Assembly (NCBI GenBank): GCA_963823035.1 | Contig: CAWGKG010000011.1 | Coordinates: 92,865-156,864, forward strand | Source: an uncultured Gemmatimonadales bacterium | GTDB taxonomy: Bacteria > Gemmatimonadota > Gemmatimonadetes > Longimicrobiales > Gaopeijiaceae | Length of the DNA stretch: 64,000 bases | Direction of reading: 5' to 3' | Shown: positions 10,643 to 19,660 of the stretch, piece after piece | Numbering within the stretch: the first letter of the stretch is position 1 | Layout: the number at the start of each line of letters is the position of its first letter | Position numbers and translations under genes: made by a program | The notes under the pieces: generated by a model | Told to the model about the DNA's origin: nothing | Seen by the model: only the letters and a program-made list of their open reading frames with translations | Databases searched by the model: none

Positions 10643-12067
10643 ATGACGGACGGCACGCGCTTGAACCTCCAGGAGGAGGGACGGAAGGTCCTCACGGCCT
10701 TCTACGGAGCCCTCTCCGCGCTGAAGCTCTATCCGCTCGAGAACGCCGCAGTCCAGCAGGCACTGGACGAGCTGCACGCCCTCGTGGACCATATCGTGGG
10801 GCTCGAGGGCGGCGCGGAGGTGCGCGTCGTGGGGGACTTCTTCTTCCTCAACGAGACCCGCCTGCGCCTGGACCTCTCGAACTTCTCGACCTTCGGCTCG
10901 TTCGCGCGTGCCCTGCAGGACCACGGCATCGGCGCCGTCGAGATCCGGCAGGGCGTCGACCGCGCGGAGTGGGCGCCGTTCCTCTCGATCCTCCTGCGCA
11001 AGCCGGGAGGGGAGGACCCCTTCGAGTCCTTCATGCAGCGGCTGGCGTCCACGCCCGTGCGCAGTCTGGAGCTGCGCCCCGAGCGTGAGGTGGCGGAGCC
11101 GGAGAAGTCCGAGGAGGAGCTCACCGCGGCGAAGCGCACGTATGCCCAGTCGGTGCAGGTCGCGAAGGACGCGCTGGGCGACGTGCGCCTCGGGAAGGCC
11201 GTGAACGTCCGCAAGGTCAAGCGCGCCGTGCAGGGCATCGTGGATCAGGTGCTGTCCAGCGAGACGTCCATGGTCACGATGACCACGCTGCGCGACTTCG
11301 ACGAGTACACGTTCACGCACTGCGTCAACGTGTGCATCTTCAGCGTGATCATCGGCCAGCGGCTCGGGCTGGAGAAGCTGCACCTCTACGATCTCGGGCT
11401 GGGTGCGCTGCTCCACGACATCGGCAAGCAGCGCGTCGACCGCGACATCATCAACAAGCCGGGCGGCCTCACCGACGTGGAATGGGCCGAGCTCAGGGAG
11501 CACACGACCGAGGGCCTCCTCGTGCTCTTCAAGCTGCACGGCTTCACGGACGTGCCGTACCGCCAGATGTTGATGGCCTACGAGCATCACATGAAGGTGG
11601 ACCTGGCGGGCTATCCGACGAACAAGCGGCCGCGCGATCCCACGCTCTTCTCGCGCATCGTCGCGGTGGCCGACGCCTTCGACGCGGGCACCTCGGTGCG
11701 CAGCTACCAGTACGAACCCTGGCCGCCGGACGCCGTCCTCCGCGAGATGCGAGACAACCCCAAGCGCGGGTTCGATCCCCTCCTCGTGAAGGCGCTGATC
11801 ACCGCGACGGGCGTGTATCCGATCGGGACGTTGGTGATCCTGGACACGCACGAGCTCGCCGTGGTGTCCGACGTCAACAAGGACCCCGACTTCCTGCACC
11901 GCCCAAAGGTGAAGGTGATCTCGGACCCGCTCGGCGTGCCCCTCCTGGAGGCCGTCACCCTGGACCTGGCGAAGGACGACCCCGCCACCGGCGCGCCCGT
12001 GCGCTCGATCATCAAGACCACCGACCCGCAGAAGTACGGCATCCGGGTGAGCGACTACCTGGTTTGA
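10643..12067 (+). CDS. HD-GYP domain cyclic di-nucleotide phosphodiesterase
   Basis: YTFTHCVNV, LLHDIGK, INKPGGLT, HHMKVDLAGYP, VADAFDA..S.RSY, FDP. Confidence 0.9.
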   Translation: MTDGTRLNLQEEGRKVLTAFYGALSALKLYPLENAAVQQALDELHALVDHIVGLEGGAEVRVVGDFFFLNETRLRLDLSNFSTFGSFARALQDHGIGAVEIRQGVDRAEWAPFLSILLRKPGGEDPFESFMQRLASTPVRSLELRPEREVAEPEKSEEELTAAKRTYAQSVQVAKDALGDVRLGKAVNVRKVKRAVQGIVDQVLSSETSMVTMTTLRDFDEYTFTHCVNVCIFSVIIGQRLGLEKLHLYDLGLGALLHDIGKQRVDRDIINKPGGLTDVEWAELREHTTEGLLVLFKLHGFTDVPYRQMLMAYEHHMKVDLAGYPTNKRPRDPTLFSRIVAVADAFDAGTSVRSYQYEPWPPDAVLREMRDNPKRGFDPLLVKALITATGVYPIGTLVILDTHELAVVSDVNKDPDFLHRPKVKVISDPLGVPLLEAVTLDLAKDDPATGAPVRSIIKTTDPQKYGIRVSDYLV

Positions 12068-12859
12068 GCGCGTCGACCCTCACCGAGGCCTTCTCCCGCC
12101 AGCGAGGGCGGGGGAAGGCGGCGCTCATCCCCTACGTGACAGCGGGCCATCCCCGGCCCGGCGCCGACGGTGGAGCTCCTGCAAGCGGTGGCGGACGCGG
12201 GCGCCGACGTGCTCGAGCTGGGCGTCCCCTTCTCGGACCCCCTTGCGGACGGACCGACGATCCAGCGCTCGTCCTTCGCCTCCCTCTCCGGGGGCACCAC
12301 GCTGGCGCGCGTGCTCGACGACCTGGCGGCGTTCCGGGCGAGCCGTCCGACCCCCGTGGTGCTCTTCACCTACCTCAACCCGGTCCTGCGCTACGGCGTG
12401 GATCGCTTCCTGACGGAAGCCGTGAAGGCGGGCGCGCAGGGCCTCCTGGTGACCGACCTGCCGGCGGGTGCGGATCCCGAGCTCGAAGAGCGGATCCGCG
12501 CCTCGGCGCTCGACCTGATCCGGCTGGTGGCGCCCACCACCCTGCCGGAGCGGGTACCCGAGGTGGCGGCGGGCGGCTCCGGCTTCCTCTACTACATCTC
12601 GAGGACCGGAGTCACGGGCGCGCGCACCTCGATGCGGGAGAGCCTGGGGGAGGAGGTCGGGCGCATCCGGGCGGCGGTGTCCCTCCCGGTGGCCGTGGGT
12701 TTCGGGATTTCGACCCCCGACCAGGCGCGCACGGTCGCGGCCGTCGCGGACGGCGTGGTGGTGGGCAGCGCGCTCGTCCAGCGACTCGAGGAAGGTGGCG
12801 TGGCGGCCGGCGCGGATTTCGTGCGCGCGCTCCGGGCCGGGATGGACGAGGGCCGCTAG
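12064..12859 (+). CDS. trpA: tryptophan synthase alpha chain; frameshift near 12164
   Basis: ALIPYVTAGHP then ELGVPFSDPLADGPTIQ, YLNP, GVTG, VGFGIS, DGVVVGS; TTG start overlaps the HD-GYP stop. Confidence 0.93.
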
Positions 12860-12870
12860 TCCGGCGCGCG

Positions 12871-14523
12871 TCAGCGATCGGCGAGCCGCTCATCGAGGGT
12901 GGGATCCGGCTCCACGAACACCGTGCGCACCCGGTCCGGAACCACCGAGCCCGGCGCCGAGCCTCTCGGCTTGCGCACGTACTTGCGCAGCGTCCAGTCG
13001 ACGGGCACGGTCCCGGAGCTGCGGGCCCGGGAGTGGAGGGCGGCCAGGACCGCGGCCTCGTGGAGATCCCGGGCTGGAGGGTTCCCCGGCTGCGCCCAGC
13101 GCAGGACCACGTGCGCCCCCGCCGCATGGCGCGCGTGCATCCAGATGTCGTCGGGCGCGGCGTGGTGGAAGGTCAGGTCGTCGTTGGTGCGCGCACCGCG
13201 ACCCACGCGGATCTCCAGGCCGCCGGAGCTGCGGTAGACGCGGTACGGGAGTGAGGCGCCCTCTCCGTCGCGACGGCCGGGGGTCCTCGGGGCAGGAGGG
13301 AGGGCGGCGTCGAGGTCCTCGGCGGTGGCGTCGCCGGCGCGCGCGCGCTCCAGCAGTTCCACCAGCCTCGCCGCCTCGGCCTCCGCGGCGCGCAGAAGCC
13401 CCGGGAGGCGCTCCCGCGCGCGGTCGGCGCGCGCCGCGCGGTCGTAGCATGCCGCAGCGTTCTCCTGGACGGCGAGGGTCGGGTCCAGCGGGAGGGTGAC
13501 CGTGTTCCCCGTGAAGTCGACGAGCTGCACCGTATCCGCCCCGGCAGGTACCTCCCCGAACCGGGCCAGGAGGAGATCTCCCCGCGCGCGCAGGGTCTCG
13601 GCGTCCTCGGTGGCATCCAGCTCCGCCTGCAGGCTCGTCACGCGGCGTAGCGCCGTGTCTACCGCCCGCTCCAACGTGTCGACGCGCTCGGGCGGGAGGG
13701 TAGCGGCGCCGGCGGCCGCTCCGGCGTCGGGGGCCTGACGCTCCGTCCAGAGGCGAAAGGCGTCGAGAAGGGTCGGCGTCTCCTCGTGCGCGTATCCCGC
13801 GAGCGGCCAGGGGTAGGGCTGGAAGGTCCCGTTCCGGTCGAGCAGGCAGGGTGCCTGGGGGAGGCGCCCGTGCGCGATCACCTGCCAGCGCTCCCACCCG
13901 CGGCGCAGCGCGCCGTCGGGATCGTCGTCCGCGTCGACGAGCGCGGGGGCGTTCACCGGGGAGGTCCACGCCACCGACCGGACGAGCGCGCGCGCACGGT
14001 CCGGTGGGGGGGCCGCCGCGAGGAGCTCCTGCCAGCGTGCCCACGACAGCGGCGCCTCCGTACCCTCGCGGTCGGAGGAGGGGGGAGCGGTGTAGACGCC
14101 ACCGACCCTGGCGGGGCGTTTCCCCTCTCGCCGCACGAGCACGTGGCGGATGCGCGCCTCCGGCCCCTCGGTCACGACGGCGTTCCACTGGTTGCCCAGC
14201 AGCTCGACGATCACGTCCCGCGACGGGTGCGCACGACCCGGGAGGAGCTCGAACACCAGGATCCGCTCGTCCGCGGGGGCTCGCACGCCCCGCACTCGCG
14301 CGCGAAGCGGGAGGTCCGTCGGGGCCGGGTCCGCGGCGGGGAGGAGAAGGGGTGCACCGTGCGTGGGGTGGAGCGGCCAGGCGAGGGTGGCCTCGCGAAA
14401 GAGGAGCACCAGCTCACGCGTGGCGCCGTCCAGGCGGATTGCGCGAAGCCGGGCGCCGGCCAGACGCTCGTGCAGCGCTTCGGCCAGCGCGCGTACCAGG
14501 AGGGGGTCCCAACGGAGTGGCAT
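12871..14523 (-). CDS. rqcH: NFACT family protein (RqcH/FbpA-like, ribosome quality control)
   Basis: N-terminal ..ERILVF..ELLGNQWN; C-terminal NFACT-R VGRGARTND..WMHAR..GAHVV..YVRKPRG. Confidence 0.8.
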   Translation of the reverse strand: MPLRWDPLLVRALAEALHERLAGARLRAIRLDGATRELVLLFREATLAWPLHPTHGAPLLLPAADPAPTDLPLRARVRGVRAPADERILVFELLPGRAHPSRDVIVELLGNQWNAVVTEGPEARIRHVLVRREGKRPARVGGVYTAPPSSDREGTEAPLSWARWQELLAAAPPPDRARALVRSVAWTSPVNAPALVDADDDPDGALRRGWERWQVIAHGRLPQAPCLLDRNGTFQPYPWPLAGYAHEETPTLLDAFRLWTERQAPDAGAAAGAATLPPERVDTLERAVDTALRRVTSLQAELDATEDAETLRARGDLLLARFGEVPAGADTVQLVDFTGNTVTLPLDPTLAVQENAAACYDRAARADRARERLPGLLRAAEAEAARLVELLERARAGDATAEDLDAALPPAPRTPGRRDGEGASLPYRVYRSSGGLEIRVGRGARTNDDLTFHHAAPDDIWMHARHAAGAHVVLRWAQPGNPPARDLHEAAVLAALHSRARSSGTVPVDWTLRKYVRKPRGSAPGSVVPDRVRTVFVEPDPTLDERLADR

Positions 14524-14656
14524 GGGTCGAAGCTAATCGGGACGCTCGGGCGACGCCCCTCCCGCGGTGGGTCGCCTGCCCCCATGTTTGGCTGCCCGGG
14601 CCGCTCGTGGTGGGCGGATCCTCCCGGCGGGCACCACGGAGGACGCTTGTCCTTTT

Positions 14657-14737
14657 TTCACCACAGAGGACGCAGAGGACGCAGAGACATTTCTTTTCAT
14701 TGTGGTTCTCTGCGACCTCAGCGTCCTCCGTGGTGAA
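14657..14737. repeat. REP-like palindrome, copy 1 (31-bp arms, 3 mismatches, 19-nt loop)
   Basis: TTCACCACAGAGGACGCAGAGGACGCAGAGA ... TCTCTGCGACCTCAGCGTCCTCCGTGGTGAA. Confidence 0.9.
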
Positions 14738-14793
14738 TAGCAGTAGTGAGCCTTACCACAACCACTTAGACATGACGACCTAAAGCGATTTCT

Positions 14794-15621
14794 ATGCCCC
14801 AGGAAGCCAGCCCTACCCCCCGTCCGCCCACCGTCCGCCGCTTCCTCGAGATGAAGCGCGAGCGTCGCCCCATCGTGGCGATGACGGCCTACGACGTGCT
14901 CTTCGCACGCCTGCTCGAGGAGGCCGGCGTCGACCTGATCCTGGTGGGGGACTCCCTCGGACGCGCGGTGCTCGGCTACGACTCGACCGTTCCGGTCACG
15001 ATGGACGAGATGATCCATCACACCCGGGCGGTGAAGCGCGGCGCGCCCGGCACCGTGGTCGTGCTCGACATGCCGTTCCTGAGCTACCAGCTCTCCGCGG
15101 AGGACGCCGTGCGCAACGCCGGGCGCGCCCTGAAGGAGGCCGGCGCGGACGCCGTGAAGGTCGAGGGTGGGCACGAGCGGACCTGCGCGGCTGTCGCGGC
15201 GCTGGTGGCGGTGGGCATCCCGGTGATGGGCCACATCGGCCTCGTGCCGCAGTCCGCCCATGCGCTGGACGCCGACGGGGGCTCCGGAGACGCGGCGGAG
15301 GAGCGGGTGCGCTCGGAGGCGCTGGCGCTCGAGCGGGCCGGTGTCTTCGGGATGGTGCTGGAGACGCTCCCGCCCGCGCTCGCGAGCGACGTCACGGCCT
15401 CCGTCACCGTGCCGACGTTCGGGATCGGAAGCGGACCCCACTGCGACGGGCAGGTCCAGGTGCTGTACGACGCGCTGGGCTTGAGCCTGGCCGCCTCTCC
15501 GAAGGTGCCCAAGCGCTTCGCCTCCCTCCACGACGTCGCTCTCGACGGATTGCGGGCGTTCGCGCAGGAGGTGAGGGCCGGGACCTACCCTGCCGGCACC
15601 TCGGACGGCGCGCGGGAATGA
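14794..15621 (+). CDS. panB: 3-methyl-2-oxobutanoate hydroxymethyltransferase
   Basis: MTAYD, LVGDSLG, DMPF, KVEGG, GHIGL.PQ, GIGSG..CDGQ. Confidence 0.93.
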   Translation: MPQEASPTPRPPTVRRFLEMKRERRPIVAMTAYDVLFARLLEEAGVDLILVGDSLGRAVLGYDSTVPVTMDEMIHHTRAVKRGAPGTVVVLDMPFLSYQLSAEDAVRNAGRALKEAGADAVKVEGGHERTCAAVAALVAVGIPVMGHIGLVPQSAHALDADGGSGDAAEERVRSEALALERAGVFGMVLETLPPALASDVTASVTVPTFGIGSGPHCDGQVQVLYDALGLSLAASPKVPKRFASLHDVALDGLRAFAQEVRAGTYPAGTSDGARE

Positions 15622-15637
15622 ACGGCGCGCATCGTCG

Positions 15638-16480
15638 ATGATCGTCGCCAGGTCGCGGGCCGAAGTGGAGGAGGCGCTGGCCGGGCTGCGGGCCCGCGGG
15701 GCCACCACGGCCCTCGTGCCCACGATGGGCTTCCTGCATCCGGGCCACCTCTCGCTCCTCGACCGGGCGGCGGAACTGGCGGACGAGGTGGTCGTCTCGA
15801 TCTACGTGAACCCCCTCCAGTTCGGCCCGGGTGAGGACGCGGCCGCCTATCCCCGGGACGAGGTGCGGGATCTGGAGCATCTGCGCGCGCGCGGCGCGGC
15901 ACTCGTCTTCGCGCCCTCGGACGAGGTGATGTTCCCCGACGGCGAGCCCCAGGTCACGATCGCACCCGGCCCCCTCGCGCGCAGGCTCTGCGGTGCCTTT
16001 CTCCCGGGTCACTTCCGCGGCGTCCTGACCACGGTGGCGCGGCTCTTCGGCCTCCTCGGCCCGGACGTCGCCGTCTTCGGGCGCAAGGACTTCCAGCAGG
16101 CCGTGCTGGTCCAGCGCATGGTCCGCGACCTCGCGTTCGGTGTGCGCGTCGAGACCGCGCCGATCGTGCGCGAAGCCGACGGCCTCGCCATGAGCACGCG
16201 CAACGCCCAGCTGAGCCCCGAGGAGCGCCGAGATGCGCTCGGGCTCCACGAGGCGCTGGTGGAGGCCGGGCGCCACTTCGAGGGCGGCGAGCGCCGCGCG
16301 GACGCTCTCGTCGACGCCGCGCGGTCGGTCCTCGGGCGCCACCGGCTGCTGGACCTGCAGTACGCCGAGCTCGTGGATCCCGACTCGCTCGCGTCGGTGG
16401 AGACGGCGGCCCCCGGGTCGGTCCTCGCCCTCGCGGCGTACTGCGGGGCGACGCGCCTCACCGACAACGTGGAGCTATGA
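15638..16480 (+). CDS. panC: pantoate--beta-alanine ligase
   Basis: PTMGFLHPGH, VNPLQF, PGHFRGV, FGRKDFQQ, GLAMSTRN. Confidence 0.93.
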   Translation: MIVARSRAEVEEALAGLRARGATTALVPTMGFLHPGHLSLLDRAAELADEVVVSIYVNPLQFGPGEDAAAYPRDEVRDLEHLRARGAALVFAPSDEVMFPDGEPQVTIAPGPLARRLCGAFLPGHFRGVLTTVARLFGLLGPDVAVFGRKDFQQAVLVQRMVRDLAFGVRVETAPIVREADGLAMSTRNAQLSPEERRDALGLHEALVEAGRHFEGGERRADALVDAARSVLGRHRLLDLQYAELVDPDSLASVETAAPGSVLALAAYCGATRLTDNVEL

Positions 16481-17055
16481 CGCTGCACCCGGTGGTCGAG
16501 CGTGCCGCCGCGGGAGAACTCCCTCCGTGGGCGGTCGCCTCGGAGGAGCGGCGCCGCCACATCGAGCGCGTGGCCACCCTGCTGGGCTCGTGGGCGGAGG
16601 AGCTCGCGCTCCCCGACGTCGAGCGCGCGAGATGGCGGGCGGTGGGCTACCTGCACGACGCGCTGCGCGACGCCCCTGCCGATACGATGCGCCCGCGGAT
16701 GCCTCCCGCGCTGCGCGACCTCCCCGACCGGATCCTGCACGGCCCCGCGGCGGCGGAACGGCTGCGGTCCGACGGCGTCGCGGACGGCGAGCTGCTGCGG
16801 GCCGTGGCGTATCACACGCTCGGCCACGCGGCGCTGGGGACCCTGGGTCGGGCGCTCTACGCGGCGGACTTCCTGGAGCCGGGGCGGGACCTGCTCAACC
16901 CATGGCGGGCGGAGCTGCGCGCGCGCCTCCCCGGCGACCTCCTCGCGGTCGTGCGCGAGGTGCTGGGGGCGCGCATCGTGCACCTCATCGAACGGAACGG
17001 ACCCATCCGCGCCGAGACGATGGGGTTCTGGAACGCGCTCGCGGAGCAGGGGTGA
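16477..17055 (+). CDS. YqeK-like HD hydrolase (putative Ap4A hydrolase)
   Basis: LHD, HG.AAA, YHT.G, ADFLEPGR. Confidence 0.75.
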   Translation: MTLHPVVERAAAGELPPWAVASEERRRHIERVATLLGSWAEELALPDVERARWRAVGYLHDALRDAPADTMRPRMPPALRDLPDRILHGPAAAERLRSDGVADGELLRAVAYHTLGHAALGTLGRALYAADFLEPGRDLLNPWRAELRARLPGDLLAVVREVLGARIVHLIERNGPIRAETMGFWNALAEQG

Positions 17056-17552
17056 TGGGCGCGCGGATGCGCGGGCTCGCGGCGCTCGTCGTGGTCCTCG
17101 GCGTGGGGGTCCTCGCGGGCTCTGCCATCTCCCAGTGGCGCGGGCCTTCGGGACCGGTCGTTCCCGGCTCCTCCCTCCTGCCCACGCGTTCTTCCAAGCG
17201 TGTGCGCGTCGAGGTGCTGAACGGGGGCGGCCTCTCGGGCGCGGCACGAGAGGCCACCGAACAGCTTCGCGACCGGGGCTTCGACGTCGTGTTCTTCGGG
17301 AACGAGAACGCCGCCACCTTCGAGCGGGACTCCTCGGTGGTGCTCGACCGGGTGGGCGCCATGGATCCGGCGCGGGCCGTTGCGGACGCCCTCGGAATCC
17401 GTAACGTCCGGAGCGAGCCGGACTCGAACCTGTACCTCGACGTCTCCGTAGTGTTGGGTGCGGACTGGAAGCCCCCCACCCCGGAATCGGCGCCGGCGCA
17501 CGATCCACCCCGCCGACCCTGGTGGGATCCGCGGGGATGGCTCCATCGCTGA
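17055..17552 (+). CDS. LytR C-terminal domain membrane protein
   Basis: N-terminal TM segment, RVEVLNGGG.SGAA...GFDVV..GN...VVLGADW. Confidence 0.8.
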   Translation: MGARMRGLAALVVVLGVGVLAGSAISQWRGPSGPVVPGSSLLPTRSSKRVRVEVLNGGGLSGAAREATEQLRDRGFDVVFFGNENAATFERDSSVVLDRVGAMDPARAVADALGIRNVRSEPDSNLYLDVSVVLGADWKPPTPESAPAHDPPRRPWWDPRGWLHR

Positions 17553-17600
17553 CGGCGACGGGCCGACCTCCCATCGAAAGAGCGACGCGACAGGAATGTC

Positions 17601-18351
17601 ATGAGCAAGCGAGCCAGCGGGAAGGAAGGGGAGACGAAGGGGGGCGCCGGCTCGGATGGCGCCGAGGAGCGCAAGCAGAACAGCGCCGTCGAGTGGACCA
17701 AGTCCATCCTCGTCGCCTTCGCCCTCTTCATCGTCCTGCGCACCTTCCTCGTCCAGACGTTCGTGATCACCTCCGGGTCGATGGAGGACACGCTTCTGGT
17801 CGGGGACATGCTGATGGTCAACCGCGCCGCGATCGGCACCGCAGATCCCCTTCACGTCGATCCGCATCCCGGGCTATTCGGAGCCCCACCGCCTCGACGT
17901 CCTCGTCTTCGATCCGCCCCACGAGGAGACGCTCAAGCTCGTGAAGCGGCTGATCGGCATGCCGGGCGACACGCTCCAGATGCGCGACCGGGTGCTCTAC
18001 ATCAACGGGGTCGCGCAGGACGAGCCCTACGTGAAGCACTCGGACTCGCCGGACGAGACGCACCCGTGGATGGAGTGGCAGCGCGACTATCTCGCACCCG
18101 GCGTGGATCGGCGGGCCTACGCCCCCACCCGCGACAACTGGGGCCCCATCGTGATCCCGGAGGACCGGTACTTCATGATGGGCGACAACCGCGAGACCAG
18201 CCTGGACTCACGCTACTGGGGGCTCCTCGAGGGCTGGCGGCTGGAGGGGCGTGCGGTCTTCATCTACTTCTCCTACAACAAGGAGTCGTACCGCCCCTTC
18301 CCGTGGCTGCGGGAGATCCGCTGGGGACGGGTGGCGCACGGCATCCACTAG
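17601..18351 (+). CDS. lepB: signal peptidase I; frameshift near 17845
   Basis: [31 protein letters not shown] across two frames. Confidence 0.92.
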
Positions 18352-19491
18352 TCGGCGGTCGGCGCTGGCCGACGCCGAGCTTCAAACGTCCGCGAAGGAC
18401 GGGTCGGGCGACGCGGCGGCGCCGGTCCCCGATCTGCGCGAGGGCGTGCGCCCGCAGCTGGCCACAGGCGGCGTCGATGTCGCGCCCCCGGGTCTCGCGC
18501 ACCGCCACCGACACGCCGCGCTCCTCCAGCACGTACGCGAAGGCCTGGATCCGGTCCCTGCTGCGACGGTCGCCAGTCCTGCCAGGGGATCGGGTTGTAC
18601 GGGATGAGGTTCACGAACGCCCCCACCTCGGAGGCGATCCCCGCCAGGGTGGGCGCGAGCGACAGGTCGTCGTTCACCCCGTGGATCATCGTGTACTCGA
18701 AGGTGATGCGCTTCCCGCCGGCCGCGTCGAAGCGGCGCAGCGCCTCCAGGACCTCTCCGAGCGGATAGCGCTTCTCGAGCGGGATCAGCGTACGCCGCAG
18801 CTCGGGATCGGGGGCGTGCAGGGAGAGCGCGAGGCGGAACTGCTCCTCGCGCTCGGCGAGCTCGAGGATGCCCGGGACCACACCCACCGTGGACACGGTG
18901 ATGCGCCGCGCGCCGACGCCGTAGCCGTGGTTGAGAAGCGTGAGCGAGGCGTGCACGGCCGGCCGGTTGGCGAGCGGCTCGCCCATCCCCATGTACACGA
19001 TGTTGCTGATCGCGCCGTGGTCGTTCGCCTCGGCCCAACGCCGCGATGCCCGGTACTGCCCGACGATCTCGCCGGCCGAGAGCTGGCGGTCGAAGCCACC
19101 CCAGCCCGTCGCGCAGAACGTGCATCCCATGGCGCACCCCGCCTGCGAGGAGATGCACAGCGTGAGGCGCCGGTCGGTCGGGATGAGCACCGATTCGACC
19201 AGGTGCCCGTCGGCCAGGCGCCAGAGGTGCTTGACCGTGCCGTCCGTGCTCACGGACACACGGTCCTCGGTCGGGTCGTCCAGCCGGAAGGCCTCGGCGA
19301 GCGCCGCCCGCTCCTCGACGGGGAGGTCGGTCATCTCGTCCGTGGAGCGCGCCAGGCCCTCGAAGATCCAGCGCTCCACCTGCTTGGCGCGGTAGGCCGG
19401 CTGGCCCCGCTCCTCGAAGTGCATGGGCGAGCGTCCGGCGCAGCGAATCGGGCTCGAGCGAGAGGAGATCGGGAAGGGTGGGCTGGGCCAT
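18348..19491 (-). CDS. rlmN: 23S rRNA/tRNA m2A methyltransferase; frameshifts near 19425 and 18560, 3' end uncertain
   Basis: [43 protein letters not shown]. Confidence 0.92.
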
Positions 19492-19660
19492 CGGGTTTCT
19501 TGAACGGGGTTTCCGCGAAGCTTAGGTTGTCGGCCCGCCCAGCTACCCGGTCAGGCTCCTCGGGGTCCTCCCGGGGTATGGCCTTCCCGGTGTTTCCGAA
19601 CGCCGTCGGCGCTCCGTCGGGGGCGCACGTACCCATCGAGCCATCCCGGGACCACAGCGC

